Part shown: one piece after another, positions 29,230 through 37,385 of the stretch
How positions within the stretch are numbered: position 1 is the first letter of the stretch
Layout: each line of letters begins with the position of its first letter
Assembly (NCBI GenBank): GCA_037131245.1
Contig: JBAXRK010000012.1
Coordinates: 10,690-74,689, forward strand
Direction: 5' to 3'
From: Candidatus Omnitrophota bacterium
Lineage (GTDB): Bacteria; Omnitrophota; Gorgyraeia; Zapsychrales; Fredricksoniimonadaceae
DNA: 64,000 bases
Program-made: the position numbers and the translations under genes
The notes under the pieces: model-generated
What the model was told of the DNA's origin: nothing
What the model saw: only the letters and a program-made list of their open reading frames with translations
Databases searched by the model: none

Positions 29230-30081
29230 TTATCCGATAAATGCCCCGGAAAAAAGCGCCTTGGCAATGTGCCGCTGCAAAATCAAATAAACCACCATGA
29301 TCGGCAGCGCGGTCATCGTGAGCCCCGCCATCAACACGGGATAATCCACCTGATACGTCCCATTAAAGACCATCAGCCCTTTCTGCAGCGGCATCAGGCT
29401 CTTGTCATTAAGCAGCAGCGAGGCCAGGATATATTCATTCCACACGTTCAAGGCATTGTAAATAACGATGACCGCCAGTGCCGGGCGGGCCAACGGAAGG
29501 GCCACATGCCACCAGACCTGCAAACGGCTGCACCCGTCGATACGCGCCGCGTCCTCAAGATCGGTGGGCATTTTGTCAAAAAAAGTTTTCAGGATCAGGA
29601 TGCTAAGGGAAAGCCCGACATTGATCATGCACAGGATATACCCCAGGCGCGTATTGGTCAGATGCAACTTGTTCATCATGACGAACATCGGCACGAAACT
29701 ACCCGGCAGCGGGATCATCATCGCGGCGACAAACACGTAAAAGATAACATTCCGGCCGGGAAAACGCAAACGGGAAAAAGCGAACGCGGCCAGCGACGCC
29801 ACCAGCACAATGCCGGAAACAACACAAACAGTATAAACAATGCTATTGAGAAAATAGACCGCGAAATTCCCTTTGGTCCAGGCCTCCAGGTAATTATGCC
29901 AATGCAGTTCCCGGGGAAAGAGCGCCTGGTCGGTAAAGATCGTCGCGTTGGTCATCAGCGATGAGCGCACCATCCAGAAAACCGGGAACAGGCAAGCCAC
30001 CGTCACGGCCATCAAAAAAACATGGACCAGCACGTTCTTGGCGGCCGCTTCAACAATGTGCCGGTTACGAAAGGATCTCAT
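29230..30081 (-). CDS. Carbohydrate ABC transporter permease (MalG-like)
   Basis: 283 aa with 6 TM helices and the EAA-type loop DLEDAARIDGCSRLQVWWHVALPLARPAL. Confidence 0.92.
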   Translation of the reverse strand: MRSFRNRHIVEAAAKNVLVHVFLMAVTVACLFPVFWMVRSSLMTNATIFTDQALFPRELHWHNYLEAWTKGNFAVYFLNSIVYTVCVVSGIVLVASLAAFAFSRLRFPGRNVIFYVFVAAMMIPLPGSFVPMFVMMNKLHLTNTRLGYILCMINVGLSLSILILKTFFDKMPTDLEDAARIDGCSRLQVWWHVALPLARPALAVIVIYNALNVWNEYILASLLLNDKSLMPLQKGLMVFNGTYQVDYPVLMAGLTMTALPIMVVYLILQRHIAKALFSGAFIG

Positions 30082-30083
30082 GC

Positions 30084-30983
30084 TCAGGCCCGTTTGATGA
30101 TGTTGGATACTTTTAAAAGGACAAACGAAACCGCGATCAGGATAGCGCCGAAAATAACCGCCTGGGCGCAGGCATACCCGAACTGATTGGTACCGGTCAT
30201 CGATACCAGAATGCGCGTCACCGGCACATCCGTGTGATAGACCAGTCCCTGATTGACCAAAGACAGGATCAGCACAAAGACCTGCATCGAACCCAGGATC
30301 GTCAAGATGACCACCACCGTGATCACCGGCAGCATCATCGGGAGCGTCACATGCCAGAATGTCCTCCAGCTGCCCGCGCCGTCAACCCTGGCGGCCTCAT
30401 ACAGCTGGCGGTCAATGGTCTGCAGCCCGGCCAGCAGCAAAATGAAACCCCAGCCGAACCCTTTCCAGGCATGCACGATAGCGATACAAGGCAGCACCGT
30501 CTTGGGGTCCGACAACCAGCCATGCACCAGGTTCGGCAGGCCCGACTGCACCAGGCAATAATTCAGGAAGCCGATCTGCCGGCCGTCCTGCGTGCCGCCA
30601 TTAAGGGTCCAGTTCCAGATCATCCCGACCACGACTTCCGACAGCACCGGTGGAATAAAGAAAACCAGGCGGTAAAACCTTTTGAGCCGGATCTCGCGGT
30701 CGCAAGCCAGGGCCAAGGCAAAGGCCAGCGCGTTCTGGAACGTCAGCGCGATGAGCGTGATGTACCCGGCATGCCCCATGGAATCCCACCAGACCTTGTC
30801 GTCGATGAGTTCCCGGAAGTTCTGCAAACCCACAAAAATCTGGGGGCCGATCCCCGGCCATTGCAGCAGCGACAAACGCAACAACTCAATGAACGGATAA
30901 ATATAAAAAACAGAAAAAATGGTCACGGCCGGAGCGATAAAAAGAAAATTCTTGAAAGAATCCCACGGCCTGCCGGTCATCAA
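30084..30983 (-). CDS. Carbohydrate ABC transporter permease (MalF-like)
   Basis: 299 aa, polytopic, with the EAA loop YEAARVDGAGSWRTFWHVTLPMMLPV. Confidence 0.92.
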   Translation of the reverse strand: MMTGRPWDSFKNFLFIAPAVTIFSVFYIYPFIELLRLSLLQWPGIGPQIFVGLQNFRELIDDKVWWDSMGHAGYITLIALTFQNALAFALALACDREIRLKRFYRLVFFIPPVLSEVVVGMIWNWTLNGGTQDGRQIGFLNYCLVQSGLPNLVHGWLSDPKTVLPCIAIVHAWKGFGWGFILLLAGLQTIDRQLYEAARVDGAGSWRTFWHVTLPMMLPVITVVVILTILGSMQVFVLILSLVNQGLVYHTDVPVTRILVSMTGTNQFGYACAQAVIFGAILIAVSFVLLKVSNIIKRA

Positions 30984-32266
30984 TGTTTTACCTTCTTCAT
31001 CTGGCGGTCCTTGACCTGCTGCACCGCCCGCGCCACCGCTTCCGGCGACGTTTCGCCGATAATGATCCCCTGAATACCTTTAAGGAACGCCTCCCTGACC
31101 AGCGCGTCCTCACTGACGGGCCAGACCTTCGGATGCGTGCTCGACTCCATCGCTTTCGCGAACGCCGCGAGGTTCTCCGGGATATCCGCCATGGCCTGCC
31201 GGTTCACCGGGAGATTGTTGACCTGCGCCGAAAGGAAAGCCTGCTGTTCACGAGCCGTCAGCCATTTAACGAACGCGACCGCCTTGTCTTTATTAGCCGA
31301 TGCCTTATTGATCACGAAAGACGATTCCGCGCCACCCCAGGAAACCATCGGCGCCGCCGGATTAAGCGCCGGCAAAGGAGCGACGCCGTAATTCAGGCCC
31401 GGGTTCATCAGCTTGTACACATTGACCGACCAGGCGCCGTTAAAAGCGAAAGCCGCCCGCTCCAGCGCGAAATCCTGTTCAGCGACCTTATTGCCTTTGG
31501 TCACAATGCCGTCGATGAACGCGCCCCGGTCGCGCAAGGCCGCAAACACCCCGAAAACCCTGATCCAATCAGGATCGGTATAACTGACCGTGCCGCGAAA
31601 TGTAGCGAGCACCTTCGCCTCACCCATGATATTGAACGCGTAATTGGACGCGAAACAGTCGATGAGCCACAGCTCCCCGAAGCCCGAGACGAACGGCGCG
31701 ATCCCCACGCGGCGCAGGGCATCGACCGCCGCGAGCCATTCAGGAAAAGTTGCCGGGGCCTTGGTAATGCCGGCCTTCTTGAGCAAATGCCGGTTATAGA
31801 TCAGCTGCTCACTGCCGATATCAAGCGGCACCCCGTAAATACCGGGCGCGATGCCTTCCGCGTTACCGGGCACAAAACGGTTCACGTCGATAGCCTTGGC
31901 AAAAAGCGACGAGGCCCATGCGCCGTTGTCCGCGTTGAACGCTGCGGTCAGGTCCGCCACGTAACCGGCTTTGATAAATGAAGCGAGGATATCTTTCTTG
32001 TCCAGGATCCCGTACACATCCGGCAGCACGTCCGCTTGCGCGGCCGCGATGACTTTCTGCGTGTACGCGTCCGATGGCGCGAAAAGGTCGAGCTTGACCT
32101 TGATCCCGGTCTTGGCCTCGTAACGCCGGGCGAGCGTCTCCAGCGCGTCCTGCCGGTCGGTCATCCAGTGCCAGACCTCGATCTGGTTGGCCGGTTTGGC
32201 CGGCCGGGAGCAACCAGCGGCGGCGATCAAAAGCAGGCAGCAAAGCAGGCCGGCAACGCTCTTCAT
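30980..32266 (-). CDS. Extracellular sugar-binding lipoprotein of ABC transporter
   Basis: 428 aa with a signal peptide ending LIAAAGC. The family-1 solute-binding pattern is present (IEVWHWMTD...). It has 4-nt overlaps with both neighbours. Confidence 0.9.
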   Translation of the reverse strand: MKSVAGLLCCLLLIAAAGCSRPAKPANQIEVWHWMTDRQDALETLARRYEAKTGIKVKLDLFAPSDAYTQKVIAAAQADVLPDVYGILDKKDILASFIKAGYVADLTAAFNADNGAWASSLFAKAIDVNRFVPGNAEGIAPGIYGVPLDIGSEQLIYNRHLLKKAGITKAPATFPEWLAAVDALRRVGIAPFVSGFGELWLIDCFASNYAFNIMGEAKVLATFRGTVSYTDPDWIRVFGVFAALRDRGAFIDGIVTKGNKVAEQDFALERAAFAFNGAWSVNVYKLMNPGLNYGVAPLPALNPAAPMVSWGGAESSFVINKASANKDKAVAFVKWLTAREQQAFLSAQVNNLPVNRQAMADIPENLAAFAKAMESSTHPKVWPVSEDALVREAFLKGIQGIIIGETSPEAVARAVQQVKDRQMKKVKH

Positions 32267-34980
32267 GCCGAGGGCCCCTTTGAAGACAGGCCCGCCTTGA
32301 TCTCAAGCGGGCCCGTGCTCCGCGCGAACCAGGCCCGGTCAAGCCGGGCCGTGCCATCCGTGCGGATCGCCTCGGCCACCTCAACGCCATTAAGCGTCAA
32401 AGCCCCGACACGATACGCCCCGGCGTCAAGCTTGAGCGGATTGCGATAGATCACGCTGACAGCCCGGCCGGCAAAATGAAAGCTCACGCGCGCCTCACCG
32501 GCCGCGTCAAATTCTTCCGCCACCAGCTTCGGATCAAGGACCAGGTCGCCCTTATCGCCCCGGATGCCGCAGGCCTGGGTGAGCAATGTCAGGACATACC
32601 AGCTGGCCGAACCCGTCAGGAAATGATACATGCCGCGGCCGGAAGCATCGAAATATTCCGGCACACCGGGATAGATCCGCGCCCGAGACGGATGGCGGCT
32701 CATCGTGTACAAAGACCGCAGGACCTCGTACCCCTCACGGGCCAGGCCCTGGACATAAAGCGCGTAAGCGTACATGACCGCCATATGGCTGAACACCGCG
32801 CCATTCTCCTTGGTGCCGAAAGCAAAACCGAAAGCCCGCCCCAGCGACAAATACGTGCGCACACCGAAATCCGTGTTAAGGCGGAACCCGCCGAGATCAG
32901 TATCTTTAAGATAACGGTCCACCGCCCCGGCCACGGCCACGGCTTCCGCCCTGGTCGCCAGCCCGCTCATGAGCGGAAACACCTGGCCGGTCAGCGTCAT
33001 GCGGACGCGCCCGTCTTTCTGGCCTTCAACGCGGGCACCGTCATTATCGTAATAGCCGTTGAACCAGGTATCCTTCCCGACGGAAACCTTCTCCCGGGCG
33101 CGGATATGCTCGAATGCCCAGCGGCCCTTCTGGCGCAGATCGGCCACAAGCCCCGCCACCGGAATATCAACAGTTTCCCCGCTGACCGCCGGATGCACCA
33201 CTTTGAAATATTCATCAAAAAGCCGGCGGTGTTTCGCCGCGGCATCGTTATAGTCGACCGGCCCCGACAAGGTATCGAGCAGCAGCTTAAGCTCCGCCGC
33301 CACCTTCACCGTGCGGATCGCGCCCGCCACACAAACGTCTTCCACCAGGTCCGCGATCTTCAGCAGGTTGCCGGCATAAAATGACATGAACGCCACGCTC
33401 TCGCCGTGCTTGAACGCCATGTCGAGCCCGTCGTTCCAATCGGCGCTCTCCAGCCGCGTGATATTGTGCCCGCCCACGTTAAAGAACTGCACCAGATGCT
33501 GCACCAGGATATGCTCCAGCACCGTCCCGGTATAGACCGTGCCTTTTTTATCATGGAGCTGATTGCCCTGCGAGGAGACCCAATGCGCGTTCTTGTCGAA
33601 AGACCGCGCCTGCTGGGGATCGCAGAAATACGGCACCGGCTCGAACAGGAACGCCGTGTCGCCGGACTGATCGATATAAAGCCGGGTCGTGGTAAAAGGC
33701 CACACGCCATGGTCCATCCACACGCGGGTAATAGCATTGCGGTCGGCGATGAATTCGCCGGGTTTCTGCCCGATGATCGTGGCGTTCGACCCGTCAATGC
33801 GCACCCCGCCGAAATTATTAAGCAGCGCGCCGCGGACCTCCCCCGGCTCGATGAGGATCAGCGACAGCAGGTCCTGCCAGATATCACGCCAGCCTTTACC
33901 GCCTTTGCCGTAATCATGGTCCGGCAGGAACGAACAGCCGTAAATACGCCGCAGCACCGGCTGCAACGCCACCCAGCGCATCCAGGATGAAAAATCCGCG
34001 TCGCCCGTCTTAAAAACGACCGAGGACGTTTTACCGGTCCAGAAATCAATATTGCTTTTAAGCGCCCCGGCCGTTTTGGCGGATGACGCGAAACGCCCGA
34101 ACTCGCCGAGAGCCGCCGCCTGGTCGGCCGCCAGCCCGATAGCAATAATAAAAACGCGTTCTTCGCCGGCCTGAAGGGTCTCGGCCGCGAACTGCAGCGC
34201 GCCAACCGCTTCCTGCCCCTGACGCTCCGCTTCCGACAAAAGCCGCGGACGCATCCCCCCGAGCAATGCCGCCGGGCGCTCGAACGTGCCGCCCTCACCA
34301 AAGAAAGCCTCAAAAGTCGGAAATGACCCCGCGGAGGGGTGGCCGTCGCCGGTACAGCCAAACACGTAATAAACAGCCTGCGCGGGCTTATGCCCTTCCT
34401 CATTGAACGCCATCGTGGGCTCGACCAAAACCCCTTCAGGCAGCTGGCTCACGCGGTGCAACAAGGCCGTCACATGCTCGTGATCATGTTTATTGGCCAG
34501 CGCGCGGCCGAACAAGGTGAACGCCGCGGTCGCCGTGAACGTGACCGGGGCACTGGAAATATTTCGGACCGTAAAACGCGTGAGCTCAAGCTTCTCGCCG
34601 GTGACCGGCACAAAAGTAAGTGCCTCGGCCTCCAGACCGGCTGCCGCGAAACGCCGCACGGCCTTGTGCCAGAGCTGCCCGGCCTCAACGCAGTCTTCGG
34701 CAGCGGGCTCATCAGCAAAAGAAAAGAACCTTTTCCCTTCAACAGAAAGGAACATGTTTCTCGACGGATAACGCAAGTCCTCACGCGACGCCGGCTTGTT
34801 AATGTAGGAAAGCTTGTCCACCTTGATGTCGCCACTTAGGAAAGGCGTGATCGATGCCTTGATGCCCGCGCCGTCAATGCCACATAGCGGCGCGTAGATC
34901 AGGCGGGACGTCAGGGCCTTCGGGGAGCGGAACGAAATGCCGTCGGAAAGAAAAGAATAGAATGGCTGCTCTGGGGGCAT
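32263..34980 (-). CDS. GH94-type glycoside phosphorylase (cellobiose/laminaribiose/chitobiose phosphorylase-like)
   Basis: 905 aa with the catalytic-region motif RLESADWNDGLDM typical of GH94-like (alpha/alpha)6 phosphorylases. The length fits this family. Substrate is unknown. Confidence 0.7.
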   Translation of the reverse strand: MPPEQPFYSFLSDGISFRSPKALTSRLIYAPLCGIDGAGIKASITPFLSGDIKVDKLSYINKPASREDLRYPSRNMFLSVEGKRFFSFADEPAAEDCVEAGQLWHKAVRRFAAAGLEAEALTFVPVTGEKLELTRFTVRNISSAPVTFTATAAFTLFGRALANKHDHEHVTALLHRVSQLPEGVLVEPTMAFNEEGHKPAQAVYYVFGCTGDGHPSAGSFPTFEAFFGEGGTFERPAALLGGMRPRLLSEAERQGQEAVGALQFAAETLQAGEERVFIIAIGLAADQAAALGEFGRFASSAKTAGALKSNIDFWTGKTSSVVFKTGDADFSSWMRWVALQPVLRRIYGCSFLPDHDYGKGGKGWRDIWQDLLSLILIEPGEVRGALLNNFGGVRIDGSNATIIGQKPGEFIADRNAITRVWMDHGVWPFTTTRLYIDQSGDTAFLFEPVPYFCDPQQARSFDKNAHWVSSQGNQLHDKKGTVYTGTVLEHILVQHLVQFFNVGGHNITRLESADWNDGLDMAFKHGESVAFMSFYAGNLLKIADLVEDVCVAGAIRTVKVAAELKLLLDTLSGPVDYNDAAAKHRRLFDEYFKVVHPAVSGETVDIPVAGLVADLRQKGRWAFEHIRAREKVSVGKDTWFNGYYDNDGARVEGQKDGRVRMTLTGQVFPLMSGLATRAEAVAVAGAVDRYLKDTDLGGFRLNTDFGVRTYLSLGRAFGFAFGTKENGAVFSHMAVMYAYALYVQGLAREGYEVLRSLYTMSRHPSRARIYPGVPEYFDASGRGMYHFLTGSASWYVLTLLTQACGIRGDKGDLVLDPKLVAEEFDAAGEARVSFHFAGRAVSVIYRNPLKLDAGAYRVGALTLNGVEVAEAIRTDGTARLDRAWFARSTGPLEIKAGLSSKGPSA

Positions 34981-35057
34981 ATAAATTATTTAAGGATTAA
35001 TAATAAGGCGTTATTGTATCGTGAGGAAAGGACGGAAACAAGGACTTTTTAACGGTG

Positions 35058-35396
35058 CTAATTATTCTGGCTGGCCAGCGCGTAACGCACCAGGCGGTGC
35101 ATGCGCATGAAATCGACCTTGTGATACTCAACGCCCACTTCCCAAAGGTCGCCCATCACTTCATGGACCCAGCGCACGCGGCCATTGAGGACCACGGGCT
35201 CAAGGCCGTCGGGCATTTTAACTTCGAGGGAAATAATATCATCGATATACATCCGCTGGCGTGACGTAAGGCGTATCCCCGTTCCGGAGGCGTCCTTTAA
35301 ATACACATCGGTGCCGTAATCAATGGACGAATCGCGCAGGCGCGTGGGGAACCTGGCGTCAAATCGTTCAAATAAGCGGCGCTCGATCCTGTTCAT
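35058..35396 (-). CDS. PilZ domain protein
   Basis: The ATG at 35396 starts 11 nt after the upstream stop. c-di-GMP motifs RRLFER (RxxxR) and DASGTG (DxSxxG) are present. Confidence 0.8.
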   Translation of the reverse strand: MNRIERRLFERFDARFPTRLRDSSIDYGTDVYLKDASGTGIRLTSRQRMYIDDIISLEVKMPDGLEPVVLNGRVRWVHEVMGDLWEVGVEYHKVDFMRMHRLVRYALASQNN

Positions 35397-35406
35397 ACCA
35401 TTACCT

Positions 35407-35757
35407 TCAAGTTTCGTCCCGTTTTGAGACACGGCGCGACAGTGAATCGTTGAGAAAATCCTTCGAACCATCAATAATATCCGAGAAGGTCAAGCCGATC
35501 CGATACTGGTCGGAATCGGAAACCTTTCGCACCCACTTCACCTGGCCGATCACCAGGACCGGTTCGGTATCAGGCTTAAGCGCGAGCTCGATCGCGATAC
35601 GTTCATTAAGAGGAACGGGGTGATTGGAAAGAAAGCCGATCCCGTCACGGCTGATATCAACTGTTTTTGTGCTTGAGAATGCCGACCCCTGCTTTCCGTC
35701 AACCGGGACATAACAATCAAAACGGGGTGATTTGCGTTTATTTGACAGGTCGTTCAT
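35407..35757 (-). CDS. PilZ domain protein
   Basis: 116 aa with motifs RKSPR (RxxxR) and DISRDG (DxSxxG). Confidence 0.8.
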   Translation of the reverse strand: MNDLSNKRKSPRFDCYVPVDGKQGSAFSSTKTVDISRDGIGFLSNHPVPLNERIAIELALKPDTEPVLVIGQVKWVRKVSDSDQYRIGLTFSDIIDGSKDFLNDSLSRRVSKRDET

Positions 35758-36031
35758 ATGCTCTCATCCTACGCTCTCGGGCACGCGCCATCAAGAACTT
35801 TTTGAAGAATTTTAACGATATCTTAATCTGACGTTCTGAGGAAAATCCACCATTCAAAAACTTTTTCTGGCTCTGAAAGCGTTGAACACCAGATATTTAC
35901 ATCAAGGAAACGTTTTCGGAGACAATTGAAGTATAGCATGTATCCCGCACAAATCAACCCCGGGGGTAAAAAAACAGGAGAAATTTTAAAAATCATTTGA
36001 TTCTTGGGGTAAATAGCGGGAAACTACTCCC

Positions 36032-36223
36032 ATGGCAGAAAAGAAAACTGGCGAGAAAATGACCATTGAAGAGTATCAGCAACGTAAAGCGCTGCTGAGC
36101 AAACGCCGTTTTCGTATTGAATTCTACCCCTGGCCGGTCCTGGTGGCGCTGGGCATCCCTTTCGCCACGTTCATTTTCCTGATCCTGGTCTACATCCTGC
36201 ACGTCAACGGAGTCGCCGGTTAA
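36032..36223 (+). CDS. Small membrane protein
   Basis: 63 aa with one TM helix (WPVLVALGIPFATFIFLILVYIL). Its TAA stop is immediately followed by the ATG of the next gene. Confidence 0.4.
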   Translation: MAEKKTGEKMTIEEYQQRKALLSKRRFRIEFYPWPVLVALGIPFATFIFLILVYILHVNGVAG

Positions 36224-36961
36224 ATGGCCGTTACTGACATCTTGACCCTCCTGTTCCTTGTTGCCCTGGCCTTCAACGGCGCCATGCACGGCTTCCTGGC
36301 TTCACTGGTCAAACCCGCGGCCATCCTGCTTTCTTTCGCGCTAGCCTGGGCCTGGTACATGAACACCCATCAATTCAACACCACCTGCGTCATCACCCTA
36401 AGCGGGCCCATCCTGTTTTCCTGGCTCATGCACCTGGCGATCAGAACGTGGGTACGCAAAGAAATGTTCCCTTATATATCACCGCTCAGCCGGCTGGGCG
36501 GTATGGCTGTCAACCTGGCCTGGGGCGGCGCGATGGCCATCGTTTGCATCGGCCTGCTGAGCGTCTTTCCCTACGAGAAATTCGAACTCCAGAACATGGG
36601 TAAAGACGTGGAACGCTCACAAGCGGTAGCGATCGTGCGGCCTTTCCTGGCCAGCAAAGGCCTTATCCCTTCAAAGAAACAGAAAATGCCCTGCCTTGAT
36701 GATATTTGTAAGGTAGATGAAACAGATAAGGAAGAATTGTCAGCCGAGAAGGAAATGCAGGAACTTTATAATGATCCGCACATCAAGAAACTCATGAGTG
36801 ACCCCGAGGCCATGGCCGCGATCCAGTCCCGGAATATCGCCAAGATCATGCAGAACCCGATCATCAATGAAATGAAATCCGACCCCGCGTTCATGCTCAA
36901 GGCCATGCGCCTTTTTCCCAAAGTCCAGCAGAAGATCAACGCCCACGAAACAACAGATTAA
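36224..36961 (+). CDS. CvpA-like membrane protein with C-terminal DP-repeat (STI1-like) tail
   Basis: The N-terminus DILTLLFLVALAFNGAMHGFLASLVKP fits the CvpA family pattern, and about 4 TM helices follow. The C-terminus is NDPHIKKLMSDPEAMAAIQSRNIAKIMQNPIINEMKSDPAFM. Confidence 0.5.
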   Translation: MAVTDILTLLFLVALAFNGAMHGFLASLVKPAAILLSFALAWAWYMNTHQFNTTCVITLSGPILFSWLMHLAIRTWVRKEMFPYISPLSRLGGMAVNLAWGGAMAIVCIGLLSVFPYEKFELQNMGKDVERSQAVAIVRPFLASKGLIPSKKQKMPCLDDICKVDETDKEELSAEKEMQELYNDPHIKKLMSDPEAMAAIQSRNIAKIMQNPIINEMKSDPAFMLKAMRLFPKVQQKINAHETTD

Positions 36962-37338
36962 CCGCTCTCGCCCGCCGGTGAAGCCCCGGCATGCCACCAG
37001 CCTTCTCTTAACAGCTGAGGAAAACGGTCATTAACGTATTTATAAATATTCTCCCGGTCACGATCAAGGATGCGCGTGAACGACAGCCCGTGCGCGTAAC
37101 GGCCGGGGAGCTCGCGCACCCAGGGGACCGTAACGGCCACGTCCATCACCAGGTCATCATCAAAATTTAACGCCATCTTAATATCCCGGCCCTGAGGAAG
37201 GCGCTGCGGCAGCGAAAGACACATCCCCTTGAGGTTGATGTCTTCCACGCAACAGCGCGCGGTACCAGGTGAGCCGTCAATGGCCACACTGGCTGTTTTT
37301 CTGATCTGCCAACGGGGAACCTGCCTGCGGTCGTTCAT
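36958..37338 (-). CDS. PilZ domain protein, 48 nt downstream of the giant ORF
   Basis: The ATG at 37338 is preceded by AAGGAGG. An RQVPR (RxxxR) motif is present, and the second motif is variant, DINLKG (DxNxxG). Confidence 0.75.
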   Translation of the reverse strand: MNDRRQVPRWQIRKTASVAIDGSPGTARCCVEDINLKGMCLSLPQRLPQGRDIKMALNFDDDLVMDVAVTVPWVRELPGRYAHGLSFTRILDRDRENIYKYVNDRFPQLLREGWWHAGASPAGESG

Positions 37339-37385
37339 GTGAACCTCCTTATTTATCTTAGCACTCCACCCGGAAATTACCACAT

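Noticed and set aside
35001-35016. Imperfect palindrome TAATAAGGCGTTATTG upstream of the GH94-like gene as a possible LacI operator
   Set aside because: Only 12 of 16 positions are symmetric. It lacks the usual LacI-family pattern (TG..A.CG.T..CA with a central CG). It is a single occurrence in the locus, which is not enough to call.
35758-36031. 274-nt divergent intergenic region checked for tRNA, c-di-GMP riboswitch or other structured RNA
   Set aside because: There is no tRNA T-arm consensus (GGTTCGAATCC-like), no GEMM-type conserved blocks and no long stems that I could see. It probably holds divergent promoters. An Rfam scan would settle it.
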